Source: Candidatus Levyibacteriota bacterium
Lineage (GTDB): Bacteria; Patescibacteriota; Microgenomatia; Levybacterales; UBA12049
NCBI GenBank assembly: GCA_049519175.1
Contig: JBEKQZ010000002.1
Span: 70,782-134,781 of the forward strand
Direction of reading: 5' to 3'
Length of the DNA stretch: 64,000 nt
Made by a program: the position numbers and the translations under genes. The notes under the pieces were generated by a model that made no database searches, was not told the DNA's origin, and saw only the letters and a list, made by a program, of their open reading frames with translations. Of the stretch, positions 27,601-35,245 are shown one piece after another; within the stretch, counting starts at the first letter, position 1; each line of letters opens with the position of its first letter.

Positions 27601-30188
27601 GCACTAATGGCTCCACTGCTCTTCTTTTGTACGGCACCGGCAATGGATCAGGAACTGCAGGAGCTTATTCTTATCCTGCTGAATTCGATACGCAAATTAC
27701 ATCAAATATAGAAAGATTGCAAATTGCAGGATATAAACATGACACAACAGCAGACTGGTCGGGCACAGGTTTTAGAATTCAATATGGAGTCGATAGTTCG
27801 TTTACAGACGGCAGCAAAGCTTATGTATACATCGGCTCAACTACCAGCTATAACGGACTAGTTGCGTTAGGAACGGCCGGAAGCGACAGATTGGTAGTTG
27901 ATAATAGCGGCAATGTCGGAATCGGAACAACAGGACCGGGAGATGGAGCAAATACAACAGGCGTGCTTTCGGTTGAGAATACTATTTGGTCGGAAAGTGG
28001 ACATTTCGGCAGTAACTCCGGTAATGGAGTAGTAGTTATAGATTCAGGCCCAAGTGGCACAAGTAATTATTCCATTATCTTTAGAACAGATAATACGTTG
28101 GGTAATATATCTGGCTACGTCGGCCAGGCAGCCGTCTACAATAACGGAAGAATTGCTATAAGAGGTGCAACTTATATTACCGGCGGTATTGACGTTGCTG
28201 AAATTATCAAGACCCAAGACCTTTCTGTTAATGCCGGCGACATTGTTTCACAGGACAGTAGCTCTCCGACAAGTGCTCAAAAATCGCAAACAGCTTATAG
28301 CCAAAACGTCTTAGGAATAATTTCAACTAATCCGGGAGTTATTCTCAATACTGGAGACAATTTTGAGACTCCCCTATCCCAAAATCAAGTTAAACTAGCT
28401 TTAACAGGACGCGTGCCGCTAAAAGTAACGTCTAAAAATGGCGTTATAAGCTTAGGCGATCCAATTACCTCATCTCCCGTCTCCGGATTTGGCATGAAAG
28501 CAACTCAGGCAGGACAAATCGTTGCTAGAGCAATGGAAACTTTCGACCCAAGCACGGCATTTTGTCAGGCTGTAAATTCAATCTCCGATATACAATGGCC
28601 GGCTGACGATGGAAATAATCCCGCGAAGCCATGTTTTAAATTACCAGATGGCTCATATGTTGGCAAAATAATGGCTTTACCGGAAAACTCTTGGTATGAT
28701 CCACAGGTGTATTTGACTTCAAGCGGAGATTTGAGTTTAGTTGACCAGACGGCGGCCGATACCGACTTTACTGTTCCTCACTACTTTACGTTGAACGACG
28801 CTTTGGGAAATCCCCTGCAAAGAGTCGGAGAATTTTCCGACGCCGCAATCGCGAATTTGCGGGTAGGATTGGTAAATGCCCAGCAGGTAACGACCACTGC
28901 TTTATCGGTTTCAACCGAAAATGTGACAATTGCCGGACAAAGTTTGCATAATTACATCGCTTCTATTGTTTCCGAACAACTGGCGAGCATTCAAAACCTA
29001 ACCTCTAATAATGTTGTCTCCCCGATTGCTTCGACCGACGAAATCCATACCAATTTTGTCTCGCCGGTTGATGATACTGCGCAAATTGGATTGAAACTGG
29101 ATAATAATAAATTGTCTGTTTTGAGCGGTAATTCTGCCAGCTCTTCGGCGATAGCCACCATTGATAATTCGGGCAACGCTAGTTTCAGCGGACAGCTAAC
29201 TTCCAATAGTTTGAACACAAACGACGCGACCGTGAGCGGAACTTTGCATGTCGGGAAAATTATCGCCGACGAAATCGTCGGCGCAACTCCGTCGGCAACT
29301 TACGTTACCAACGTCACCAATATCTATAATAGTAGCCCGTCTGCTTCTAATTCCGACTTTGGACTGATTGCCGACGCCGCTACCGTCGGCACTGCTTCAG
29401 CAGTCGGTAGTGAGCAGTCAGCGGCCAACGGCTACATTGACATCAGTTCTTACTCCGGACAACTGACGTATGTCCCAAATTTGGGCGCTGACAACGCCGT
29501 GTTTGGCCAAAATCTAACGGTGTTTGGAGAAACTTCCCTTTCCGATACTTCGATTGTCGGTCAACTTTCGGTCAACGGCAGCTTAATACTGGCCGATAAC
29601 TCGATTAATGTTTTGGGCAGTGATTTAAATCTGCAACCACTACGGCAAGGCGGACTGTCAATTATGGGCGGCTTAGTTTACATTGATACCGACGGAAACT
29701 TAAAAGTTGGCGGCAATGCCGAGTTTGCCAAAAATGTCACGGTCAATGGAACACTGGCAACCAATGTCATCAGTCCCCTGCCCGGCAATGATTTAAATGT
29801 GAATACCGGAAATTCCAATCTCCAAATTACGAATGCAAGCGATTCCGCTATTTTGAGCGTTAACAATTTAGGCGATTTGGTCGCCAGCGGAGCCGGAACA
29901 TTTAGTAAATTAAACCTTGGGCTGGTTCAGCCGGCGCTGGCCGTTTCCCAAACTGAAGTTGTTGCCACCGGCTCCGCCGGAACAGCCAACATTGCCCCCT
30001 ACCAAACTCAAGTAACAATTGATGACCCGGTCGTAACCGACAAGAGTTTGATTTACATCACGCCGACTTCCAGCACCAACAACCAGGTTTTGTATTTGCT
30101 AAAACAAGTGCCGGATGAATCTTTTACCGTCGGCTTACAAAATCCAAGTATCGCGCCAATTCCGTTCAATTGGATTATCGTAAATTAA
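21615..30188 (+). CDS. giant (2857 aa) membrane-anchored surface protein. The N-terminus has two tandem integrase-type SAM-like/core-binding domains, then one TM helix, then a repetitive Gly/Thr/Ser/Asn-rich β-helix or fibre-like ectodomain
   Basis: Residues ~1-100 (VTVKNYLSDINHFIHWYE...LERHFSSLRKFFKFLL) and ~120-200 (LTIKNYLIDIKQFITWVQ...INRKLSSLRKYLAWVQ) resemble the XerD/phage-integrase N-terminal domain. The TM helix is IVHYLHFAVLIIFLIAISFGFYNVFF. Repeated motifs include GNVGIGTTSP, P(L/A)LDVRGNS...GVGDLFTASASGWTRF and a ~200-aa repeat starting YWQRTAGNLSP. Confidence 0.85.
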   Translation: MDLLNLFKTYLFSQEDKSSKVTVKNYLSDINHFIHWYENTFTKSFNPKEISSLTLNDYRASCSQAFSPSSLERHFSSLRKFFKFLLIESKISLNPFEIKNLKLEAQHDPWHIKDFKDFLYVSNASHLTIKNYLIDIKQFITWVQAVTESNNVLGDIDSKLIEEYKQRLLEQGDFSPATINRKLSSLRKYLAWVQAKGLVSLQPSISNFQFPISNQLSNEAIEQPINQQPAERKYSAFPPFRIAQKISNAFIFALDSGLIIYLAKLVDRIEYALWKTKGQPVFAKLKTQNVKFKNLTSNFQILNPASSVQRPASVKNLPKSFYAPLEISTKFFPWYKKAWITARYSRPKWYKTYHSYPIVHYLHFAVLIIFLIAISFGFYNVFFQKGNQSPTLAASPVAPLRILSFQGRLTDNNDNPITTPTNLRFGIYTSSSATDSASTAIFPWQEVDTVSPDQDGIFNAILGNNSPIPSTLFTQNNALWLGVTVGTTPELTPRQQLATVAFATNAETLQGMVPTTSNPAAYTNTVLALDGTASSPTLTIGGLVGATFQATGGQFQILGTPLLLGTTNGSGGNVIIAPDGAGLIDLQKPLVNTTNNNNLAGAAGAVEVDDTFGILATSSATAFVLNQNGAGDLMAASASGITKFRIANTGQIIAPYYNSCTLKTDSSGNITCGSAGGAQFWQELSGALSPSNLGDDVLLGSSSTASAKFAFTGLMGTQTQASFSGQLIVMSDNGYGGNVGIGTTTPSVALDVAGAGKFSSNLTASTGNISLANTSGNTTIGNGSGTLALSSSAFNVTTGGAVSGVTTLSMNNQLSNSYANTAAINLTGNAAGITFGGSGANQIITGGTNNLALMPGGNVGVNTTSPLAPLDVRGNSSTTAVASVSGQTSFAALVANNNGVGDLFTASASGWTRFRITSAGTVLPGATNAQDIGSSSLQWNNIYANNYYLNGVPLTFGGYWQRTAGNLSPVNTNDTLAATSSAATVATFTSNNPTGTLTNNTLIQQTGGGTVTNLLNLTQSAGAVTNGITFSGTFTSLINDSTVFNISNSGAVSGASLLLNDTAGTNTTGIGTGTTTGQVTIGGGSGTAAVNTTSWKVTSAGAVSGLTDLTASGTITFSGFSNSDGVIYASSGVLYQTAAETSSSKCLVGGATAPAWASCSTAASNYWQRTAGNLSPATTNDTLAATSSAATVATFTTNNPTGTLTNNTLIQQTGAGTVTNLLNLTQSSGTVTNALSISGTFATDLISSPTLVVTNAGAASGLTGLSSSGTIIFSAFSNSGGVIYANAGALAQTAAGTSSQCLVGGASAPTWASCSAVSNNYWSLVNGYGASNGGYITPINSTADFLLGGQSTASAKFAILNLNSGTPTATIAGNLIVMPYTSGSNESGGGIQLGSTINSNNVLNTVAQGGGPSGNLYWGNTQLLDSANLGSFGASSVSNSDGTLTISPTTGAVVASLNLSHANSWSGAQTFTASTNFPSGIWNTSGNVGIGIISPLTALDVRGNSGTTAVASVSGQTSFAALVVNNNGVGDLFTASASGWTRFTVSNTGALTSAAYTGQNGILYGTQTTGVITQATTASTGLCLISGASSPTWSSCSTAASNYWQLAGNAISPNTTSYDLLIGSASTSSAAFAFTGLMGSQTQASFSGQFVVMPNNGYGGNASISGNLTIGALGTSSLQTTSDQTLTIGGNTTGNITLSPYNGSNGIINLNAPTINTNATTLALVNTTALTVNFAGAATALNMGAPTGSASLSATLVLGGTTSSTIEPGNGTLNFGYKSGANTWGTAMTIRDNTGYVGIGTTSPGATLDVSGNSGTKAFANFSGNTSFAGVTINNSGSGDLIAASASGTTEFKVDNSGDVYGRVWKDLDNTAYYMDLNTTGYSLLTAGSVGIGTTSPGAPLEISNGTQAKINLTKTGTTAGTAAIYNDGNLHITGSNGGSNNSVWIDTDSSSGSYSVHINANSTGSKTLLQEAGGNVGIGTTTPQASLDIANGTSRTNGSTALLLYGTGNGSGTAGAYSYPAEFDTQITSNIERLQIAGYKHDTTADWSGTGFRIQYGVDSSFTDGSKAYVYIGSTTSYNGLVALGTAGSDRLVVDNSGNVGIGTTGPGDGANTTGVLSVENTIWSESGHFGSNSGNGVVVIDSGPSGTSNYSIIFRTDNTLGNISGYVGQAAVYNNGRIAIRGATYITGGIDVAEIIKTQDLSVNAGDIVSQDSSSPTSAQKSQTAYSQNVLGIISTNPGVILNTGDNFETPLSQNQVKLALTGRVPLKVTSKNGVISLGDPITSSPVSGFGMKATQAGQIVARAMETFDPSTAFCQAVNSISDIQWPADDGNNPAKPCFKLPDGSYVGKIMALPENSWYDPQVYLTSSGDLSLVDQTAADTDFTVPHYFTLNDALGNPLQRVGEFSDAAIANLRVGLVNAQQVTTTALSVSTENVTIAGQSLHNYIASIVSEQLASIQNLTSNNVVSPIASTDEIHTNFVSPVDDTAQIGLKLDNNKLSVLSGNSASSSAIATIDNSGNASFSGQLTSNSLNTNDATVSGTLHVGKIIADEIVGATPSATYVTNVTNIYNSSPSASNSDFGLIADAATVGTASAVGSEQSAANGYIDISSYSGQLTYVPNLGADNAVFGQNLTVFGETSLSDTSIVGQLSVNGSLILADNSINVLGSDLNLQPLRQGGLSIMGGLVYIDTDGNLKVGGNAEFAKNVTVNGTLATNVISPLPGNDLNVNTGNSNLQITNASDSAILSVNNLGDLVASGAGTFSKLNLGLVQPALAVSQTEVVATGSAGTANIAPYQTQVTIDDPVVTDKSLIYITPTSSTNNQVLYLLKQVPDESFTVGLQNPSIAPIPFNWIIVN

Positions 30189-30189
30189 A

Positions 30190-31944
30190 ATGAACATACA
30201 AAATCTAAAGAAAATCGTTAGTCTTATCACGCTTCCTCTAGTTTTTTTTAACGTGTTCCTTACCTTTTATTCCACTGTTCCTGAAATTATTCATGATCTT
30301 GGACGACATATCCTACTGGGAAGCATTATCGTTCATACTGGGAATGTTCCCAAAATTAATTTATTATCTTACGCTTTCGCAAATTATCCATTTATTAATT
30401 CCCACTGGCTTTCAGAAGTAATTTTCTATATTGTCGACAGTCTATTTGGTCTCCATGGCTTACTAATTTTAACGACAATTATTTCCCTTTTGAGTTTTGG
30501 GTTAATTTATCTCGTAGCTATAAAACAGACAAGAATAAAATTTGAAAATTTATATTTGCTAAATTTTACTGCGCTTCTTTATCTAGGAATTTACATGGAC
30601 AGACCTGGGATCAGACCTGAAATCTTTAGTTATTTTATTTTATCGATTTTTATGTACATTTTGTACAAGTATAAGAATGGATACACAAAATTAATTTTCC
30701 TTTTAATTCCTCTTGAAGCTTTATGGGTAAATTCACATATTTACTTTTTAATTGGTGTCGTCGTTGTGGGAGTATTTTTGCTTGATGAGCTTTGGAGTAA
30801 TAGAAACGACTTAAAAATCTACTTGGAGACCCAAAAAATAAGGAATTTTATCCTTGTATTCATCGGAGTCATATTGGTAACTTTTTTGAACCCAAACACT
30901 TATAAAGGAACCTTGTTCTCGCTTGATTTCTTTTCTAATTACGGCATACAACCAAGTGAAAATTTTAACATTTTTTACTTCTACTTAAACCCTCCAATTA
31001 CTACTGGAATGCTCATCTTTAGCATTACCGCTATTGTTCTCATTCTATTTCTCTTTCTTTATAAAAAGAGATGCTTTCTAGACGTTGTCTTAAGCTTAGG
31101 TTTTATTGCTTTCGCTATGATCGCCGTAAGAAATGTTGCCGTTTTTGTTTTCACTACTCTTCCAATATTTGTCTCCGCTCTCCTAAGCCTTGATCTTTTG
31201 CAGAAAAAGAAAATTTTAATTCTTCTTACTTTTTTCATTTGTATCTTTATCTTTATTGCTGAGATAAACATCTTACAAGCAAGAAGATCTCTTGATTTAG
31301 ACACTACTAATGCAGATAAACAGGCTTTGGATTTTTTTATTAAAAATAACGTGCATGGCCCTATCTATAACAATTTTGGTATTGGGAGCTATATTGCCTA
31401 CAGGCTATACCCGAAAGAAAAACCCTTTATTGACGAGCGCCCGGAAGCATACCCGACAGATTTTTTTGTCAATTCTTATGAAAAAACACAATTCGATATG
31501 AAAGCTTTTAATTCAATGGCAGAAAAATATCAATTCAACTCTGCCATACTTGTCTTATCAAATGATTCATCTTCTCATAAACAGATCCAAAATTTTATTA
31601 ATAACCCCTCTTGGAAAACGATCTATTTTAACCCGGCAGTGGTAATTTTTGTTAAAAACACACTTGAAAACAACTCGCTTATTAAAAAATATGGAATGTC
31701 CGAAAGCAACTTTAAAATTAGCAATATTTTTAACGACTTTTATTACTTAGGTAACCTTGCAACGTTATTTAATGAATTAGGATGGCTAGAACAAGAAATA
31801 TATATAGATAAATTAATAATTAATATTGCGCCCAACTATTGTCCTACTCTAGAAAGGCTAGCTGAAATCAATCACGTTCAAAAAATAAATTATGGCTCTT
31901 ATTTACAAAAATATAATAGATATTGCGGAGAACTTTTCTTTTGA
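30190..31944 (+). CDS. polytopic membrane protein, possibly a GT-C-fold glycosyltransferase
   Basis: 584 aa with ≥10 TM helices. Its start overlaps the stop of the giant gene (ATGA). No soluble catalytic domain is recognisable. Confidence 0.55.
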   Translation: MNIQNLKKIVSLITLPLVFFNVFLTFYSTVPEIIHDLGRHILLGSIIVHTGNVPKINLLSYAFANYPFINSHWLSEVIFYIVDSLFGLHGLLILTTIISLLSFGLIYLVAIKQTRIKFENLYLLNFTALLYLGIYMDRPGIRPEIFSYFILSIFMYILYKYKNGYTKLIFLLIPLEALWVNSHIYFLIGVVVVGVFLLDELWSNRNDLKIYLETQKIRNFILVFIGVILVTFLNPNTYKGTLFSLDFFSNYGIQPSENFNIFYFYLNPPITTGMLIFSITAIVLILFLFLYKKRCFLDVVLSLGFIAFAMIAVRNVAVFVFTTLPIFVSALLSLDLLQKKKILILLTFFICIFIFIAEINILQARRSLDLDTTNADKQALDFFIKNNVHGPIYNNFGIGSYIAYRLYPKEKPFIDERPEAYPTDFFVNSYEKTQFDMKAFNSMAEKYQFNSAILVLSNDSSSHKQIQNFINNPSWKTIYFNPAVVIFVKNTLENNSLIKKYGMSESNFKISNIFNDFYYLGNLATLFNELGWLEQEIYIDKLIINIAPNYCPTLERLAEINHVQKINYGSYLQKYNRYCGELFF

Positions 31945-31977
31945 TACAGTTTTTATTCTTGACATTATACTTTTAAG

Positions 31978-34146
31978 TTGATAAGTTTAGAACACATGCA
32001 AAACGAACAACAGAAATTGGAAATCGTCAATTACATCGAGCGGGCTTCAATTGTGATTTTAGGACTGCTGTTTATCCTCTTTCCGGTGTTTTTAACCAAT
32101 TTGACGACTGACTATTTTATCCTGCCAAAACAAGCGCTGGTTATTTTTGCCTGCATCGCGGTCATGATTTTATACGGCGTCAAAACTTTACTGCTGGAAA
32201 AAGTCCGGATTAGAAGAACGCCTTTTGACTTGGCTGTCATTCTTTTCTTGGCCGCGATTTTGCTATCGTCAATCTTTTCCGCAGCTTGGGCTGATTCGCT
32301 AAATAATTTTATTCCCGTGCTTTTTGCCGGTCTGCTCTATTTTGGTATCGTTTACAATGCCACCAACGGAAAAGCGGTGATGCTTTTGATCGGCAGCCTT
32401 TTAACCGGCGCTTGCCTTTTGGCCGTTATGCCGATTCTTGCGCATTTGCAAATTTACGTTTTACCCTATGATTTTACCAAAGTCACCGTTTTCACTCCCA
32501 CCGGCTCAAATTTAGACCAAGTTTTGTATTTACTATTTGTCTTGCCAGTTAGCGTCTACTTTGTCTTACCGTTTTTGCTCAAAAAACAGGCGAGCAAAAT
32601 TTTCAGCGAGAAAAAAGAAGATCTGGTTAAAATCTTCGGTTTTGGTTTAGCCGGCATAATCATTCTAATCGGACTTGCCGTATCAATCTATAATTTAATA
32701 CAACCTAATGGATTCATTATTCTCCCGCTTGAAACCGGCTTTCAGACCGCTTTCGCCGCCATTTCGCAAGACGCCGGCCGGACTTTGCAGGGCTTTTTGT
32801 TCGGTAACGGTTTCGGCGAATATCTTTTAGCTTTTGCCAAATTTAAACAGGCTAGTTTTAACGCTAATCCGACGCTGTGGGGACTTGGTTTTATTCATTC
32901 TTCCAGCTTTGTCTTGGAACTTTTGGCAACCACCGGCATACTGGGATTTTTGAGTTTTCTTTATCTTTGCTACAGAGTTATCCGCGAAAGACCACTGTTT
33001 GTACCGGTCATCATCATTTTGGCAGCCGCTTTTATCCTACCTTTAACTTTTATTAGCTTAGCCCCTTTGTTTTTCCTGTTGGCAATTTACGCCGCCTTAC
33101 GCGGGCTATCCAACGACCAGAAATATTTTGACGTTGAACTGGAACTGGTAGCTTTTAAAAAAGGCTTGATTACGTTTACGACCGAGGGTGAAAAAAGAAA
33201 GGACTACGGAAAAATTCTTTCCTATTCTATTTTTGGCATCATTCTAATTGTGGTAGTATTACTTGGCTTCCTAAGTTTTGACTTCCTTTCTACCAACGTC
33301 ACTTTTAACAAAGCTTTAGTTGCTGCCGACCAAAATAACGGCCAACTCACTTATACTTATGAAAATGCCGCCGTCAGTAGTTTTACCGGTAAATACAATG
33401 ACAGCTACTTTAGGACTTTTTCGCAAACCAACCTGGCGTTGTCCAATTCGCTGGCGGCTTCCGTTCCACAAGGAGCTAGCCCAAGCGCCCAAACCCAGCA
33501 AACGATTTATACGCTTGTCCAACAATCAATCAATGCCGGAAGACAAGCCACGACCTTATCCTCGCAAAATCCGCTGGACTGGCAAAATCTAGCCTACATT
33601 TATAGAAATCTAATTGGCTTTGGACAGAATGCCGACCAATTCGCAATCGCCGCCCAACAGCAAGCGATTCAACTTGACCCGGCCAACCCGCAGGAATATA
33701 TTAGTTTGGGCGGAATTTACTACCAATTGGGAACCTGGGATAAAGCCTTGGCACAATTTCAACAAGCGGCGGCCTTGAAATCTGATTTTCCTAACGCCTA
33801 CTACAACATCGCTCATACTTTAATTCAACAAGGAGATCTAAAAGGTGCACTGGCGCAACTTGAAACCGTTAAATCTTTGGAAACAAACGACCCAACCAAT
33901 CTGGCTAAAGTCAATGCTGAGATTACGCAACTGCAAGCGCAGATAAACAAACAAGGAGTTGGGGGACAAACAACCACAGGCAACGGACAGACAACTTTAT
34001 CGACCAATCCGCCAACAGAGAATCTACCGAAACAGAATCCGCCGGTAAAAATTCCGGCGCCGGAAGCGACTATTACGCCAACCACTACTCCAACTCCGAC
34101 AACCGAAGGGGGAACTCCTCTTCCTACCGCCACCCCAACACAATAA
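31978..34146 (+). CDS. O-antigen ligase/polymerase-like (Wzy_C-type) membrane protein with C-terminal TPR repeats and a TP-rich tail
   Basis: ~12 TM helices with a large periplasmic loop. C-terminal TPR-like repeats (AYIYRNLIG..., YISLGGIYYQLGTWDKALAQFQQA, AYYNIAHTLIQQGDLKGALAQL). Ends in a TPTTTPTPTTEGGTP tail. Confidence 0.6.
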   Translation: MISLEHMQNEQQKLEIVNYIERASIVILGLLFILFPVFLTNLTTDYFILPKQALVIFACIAVMILYGVKTLLLEKVRIRRTPFDLAVILFLAAILLSSIFSAAWADSLNNFIPVLFAGLLYFGIVYNATNGKAVMLLIGSLLTGACLLAVMPILAHLQIYVLPYDFTKVTVFTPTGSNLDQVLYLLFVLPVSVYFVLPFLLKKQASKIFSEKKEDLVKIFGFGLAGIIILIGLAVSIYNLIQPNGFIILPLETGFQTAFAAISQDAGRTLQGFLFGNGFGEYLLAFAKFKQASFNANPTLWGLGFIHSSSFVLELLATTGILGFLSFLYLCYRVIRERPLFVPVIIILAAAFILPLTFISLAPLFFLLAIYAALRGLSNDQKYFDVELELVAFKKGLITFTTEGEKRKDYGKILSYSIFGIILIVVVLLGFLSFDFLSTNVTFNKALVAADQNNGQLTYTYENAAVSSFTGKYNDSYFRTFSQTNLALSNSLAASVPQGASPSAQTQQTIYTLVQQSINAGRQATTLSSQNPLDWQNLAYIYRNLIGFGQNADQFAIAAQQQAIQLDPANPQEYISLGGIYYQLGTWDKALAQFQQAAALKSDFPNAYYNIAHTLIQQGDLKGALAQLETVKSLETNDPTNLAKVNAEITQLQAQINKQGVGGQTTTGNGQTTLSTNPPTENLPKQNPPVKIPAPEATITPTTTPTPTTEGGTPLPTATPTQ

Positions 34147-34526
34147 ATAGTATTTCGTATTTAGTATCAAGTGTTTAGCGCCAATAAAACTTGCCAATTC
34201 GTATGCTCTCCGTTTCTTTTGCGATCGAACAAAGAGCGTTAAGTTTTGCGAAATGAGAGAATCAGGGGGAACCCGTGAATTCGGAGGGGGTGTTATCACC
34301 CGATGAACGAATTGAGCAAAATAGCTCGACTTCGCCCGCAAAAAGTTTTGTGTTACTTTCCAAAAAGTAACAAATATAATTTAAAGCTACAGCTTTGCGA
34401 AAAAAAGAAGAAGAGAGTTGTTTCCCACAAAAAACACATCCTAAAAGTATATTGGAATAAACTCAGGAGAAAAACAGGCAATAACAACCTTAATACTAGA
34501 TATTTGTTACTTAATATTAGTTACTA

Positions 34527-34832
34527 TTACGCTGGTCTTTGTTTTCTGAAACAATCCCTACAAAGAACTGGTCTGTCGCCTTTTGGTTTGAATGGAACTG
34601 TATCCGGTTTGCCGCATTCTGCGCACGTTATTTCAAACGATTGCCTTGGGGCCATCCCTCTACCTTCATTCATTCTGGCTTTTTTTAAAGCTCTACAATC
34701 GGGACATCTAACTGGCTCGTTTTCGAACCCTTTGTCGTGATAGAATTTTTGCTCGGACGCGGTCCAAACGAATTCTTTACCGCAATCTCTACAAATTAAT
34801 GTTTTATCTTGGAAATCCATGGTGTGTATCAA
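34527..34832 (-). CDS. tandem CxxC zinc-ribbon protein
   Basis: CRDCGKEF...CPDCRA and CAECGKPD...CRDCF: four CxxC pairs in 101 aa. Confidence 0.55.
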   Translation of the reverse strand: MIHTMDFQDKTLICRDCGKEFVWTASEQKFYHDKGFENEPVRCPDCRALKKARMNEGRGMAPRQSFEITCAECGKPDTVPFKPKGDRPVLCRDCFRKQRPA

Positions 34833-35021
34833 AATTTAAATCTCAACTTGCGTTGAAAATTAAAAATTGAAAATTGATGTGTCACCTCCTTTCTGAACTT
34901 TCATGTATATTTTTCCCTTTTCTCCTGTTTTTTAGTTCAGAAAGAATCGAGGAACTGATACCATAAGTACTACTTGCAAGTATAGAGGCAAAATGGAGAA
35001 ATAGCAAGTACGACCAATTTG

Positions 35022-35092
35022 TGGACCTGAGGGGAATCGGACCCCTTACTCCTCCATGCCATGGAGGCGTGTTACCGGTATACCACAGGCCC
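35022..35092 (-). tRNA. tRNA-Ala (anticodon GGC)
   Basis: Reverse complement GGGCCTGTGGTATACCGGTAACACGCCTCCATGGCATGGAGGAGTAAGGGGTCCGATTCCCCTCAGGTCCA. Acceptor stem 7 bp with the G3:U70 Ala identity pair. Anticodon stem CCTCC/GGAGG with loop AUGGCAU. T-arm AGGGG/CCCCU. CCA is not encoded. The D-stem is imperfect. Confidence 0.65.
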
Positions 35093-35096
35093 CGGG

Positions 35097-35167
35097 TGGA
35101 CTTACCGAGAATCGAACTCGGAACTGCGCAATGCGAATGCGCCGGTATACCATTTACCTATAAGCCC
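35097..35167 (-). tRNA. tRNA-Ala (anticodon CGC)
   Basis: Reverse complement GGGCTTATAGGTAAATGGTATACCGGCGCATTCGCATTGCGCAGTTCCGAGTTCGATTCTCGGTAAGTCCA. G3:U70 present. Anticodon stem GCGCA/UGCGC with loop UUCGCAU. T-loop TTCGATT. It is in tandem, 4 nt from the GGC copy. Confidence 0.7.
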
Positions 35168-35245
35168 GCTCTCGAATATAGTTCCAAGGGATATTTTATC
35201 ACAAAAGTTGAACCTAAACTAGCCTACTATAAAAAGGGTGAAGGT

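Noticed and set aside
22007-29866. About a dozen minus-strand ORFs of 60-160 aa inside the giant gene (e.g. 24488..24979, 25835..26257)
   Set aside because: They are antisense shadows of a strongly biased, repetitive Gly/Thr/Ser/Asn coding sequence. Their products are low-complexity Pro/Val/Leu strings, and they overlap a gene with clear domain structure.
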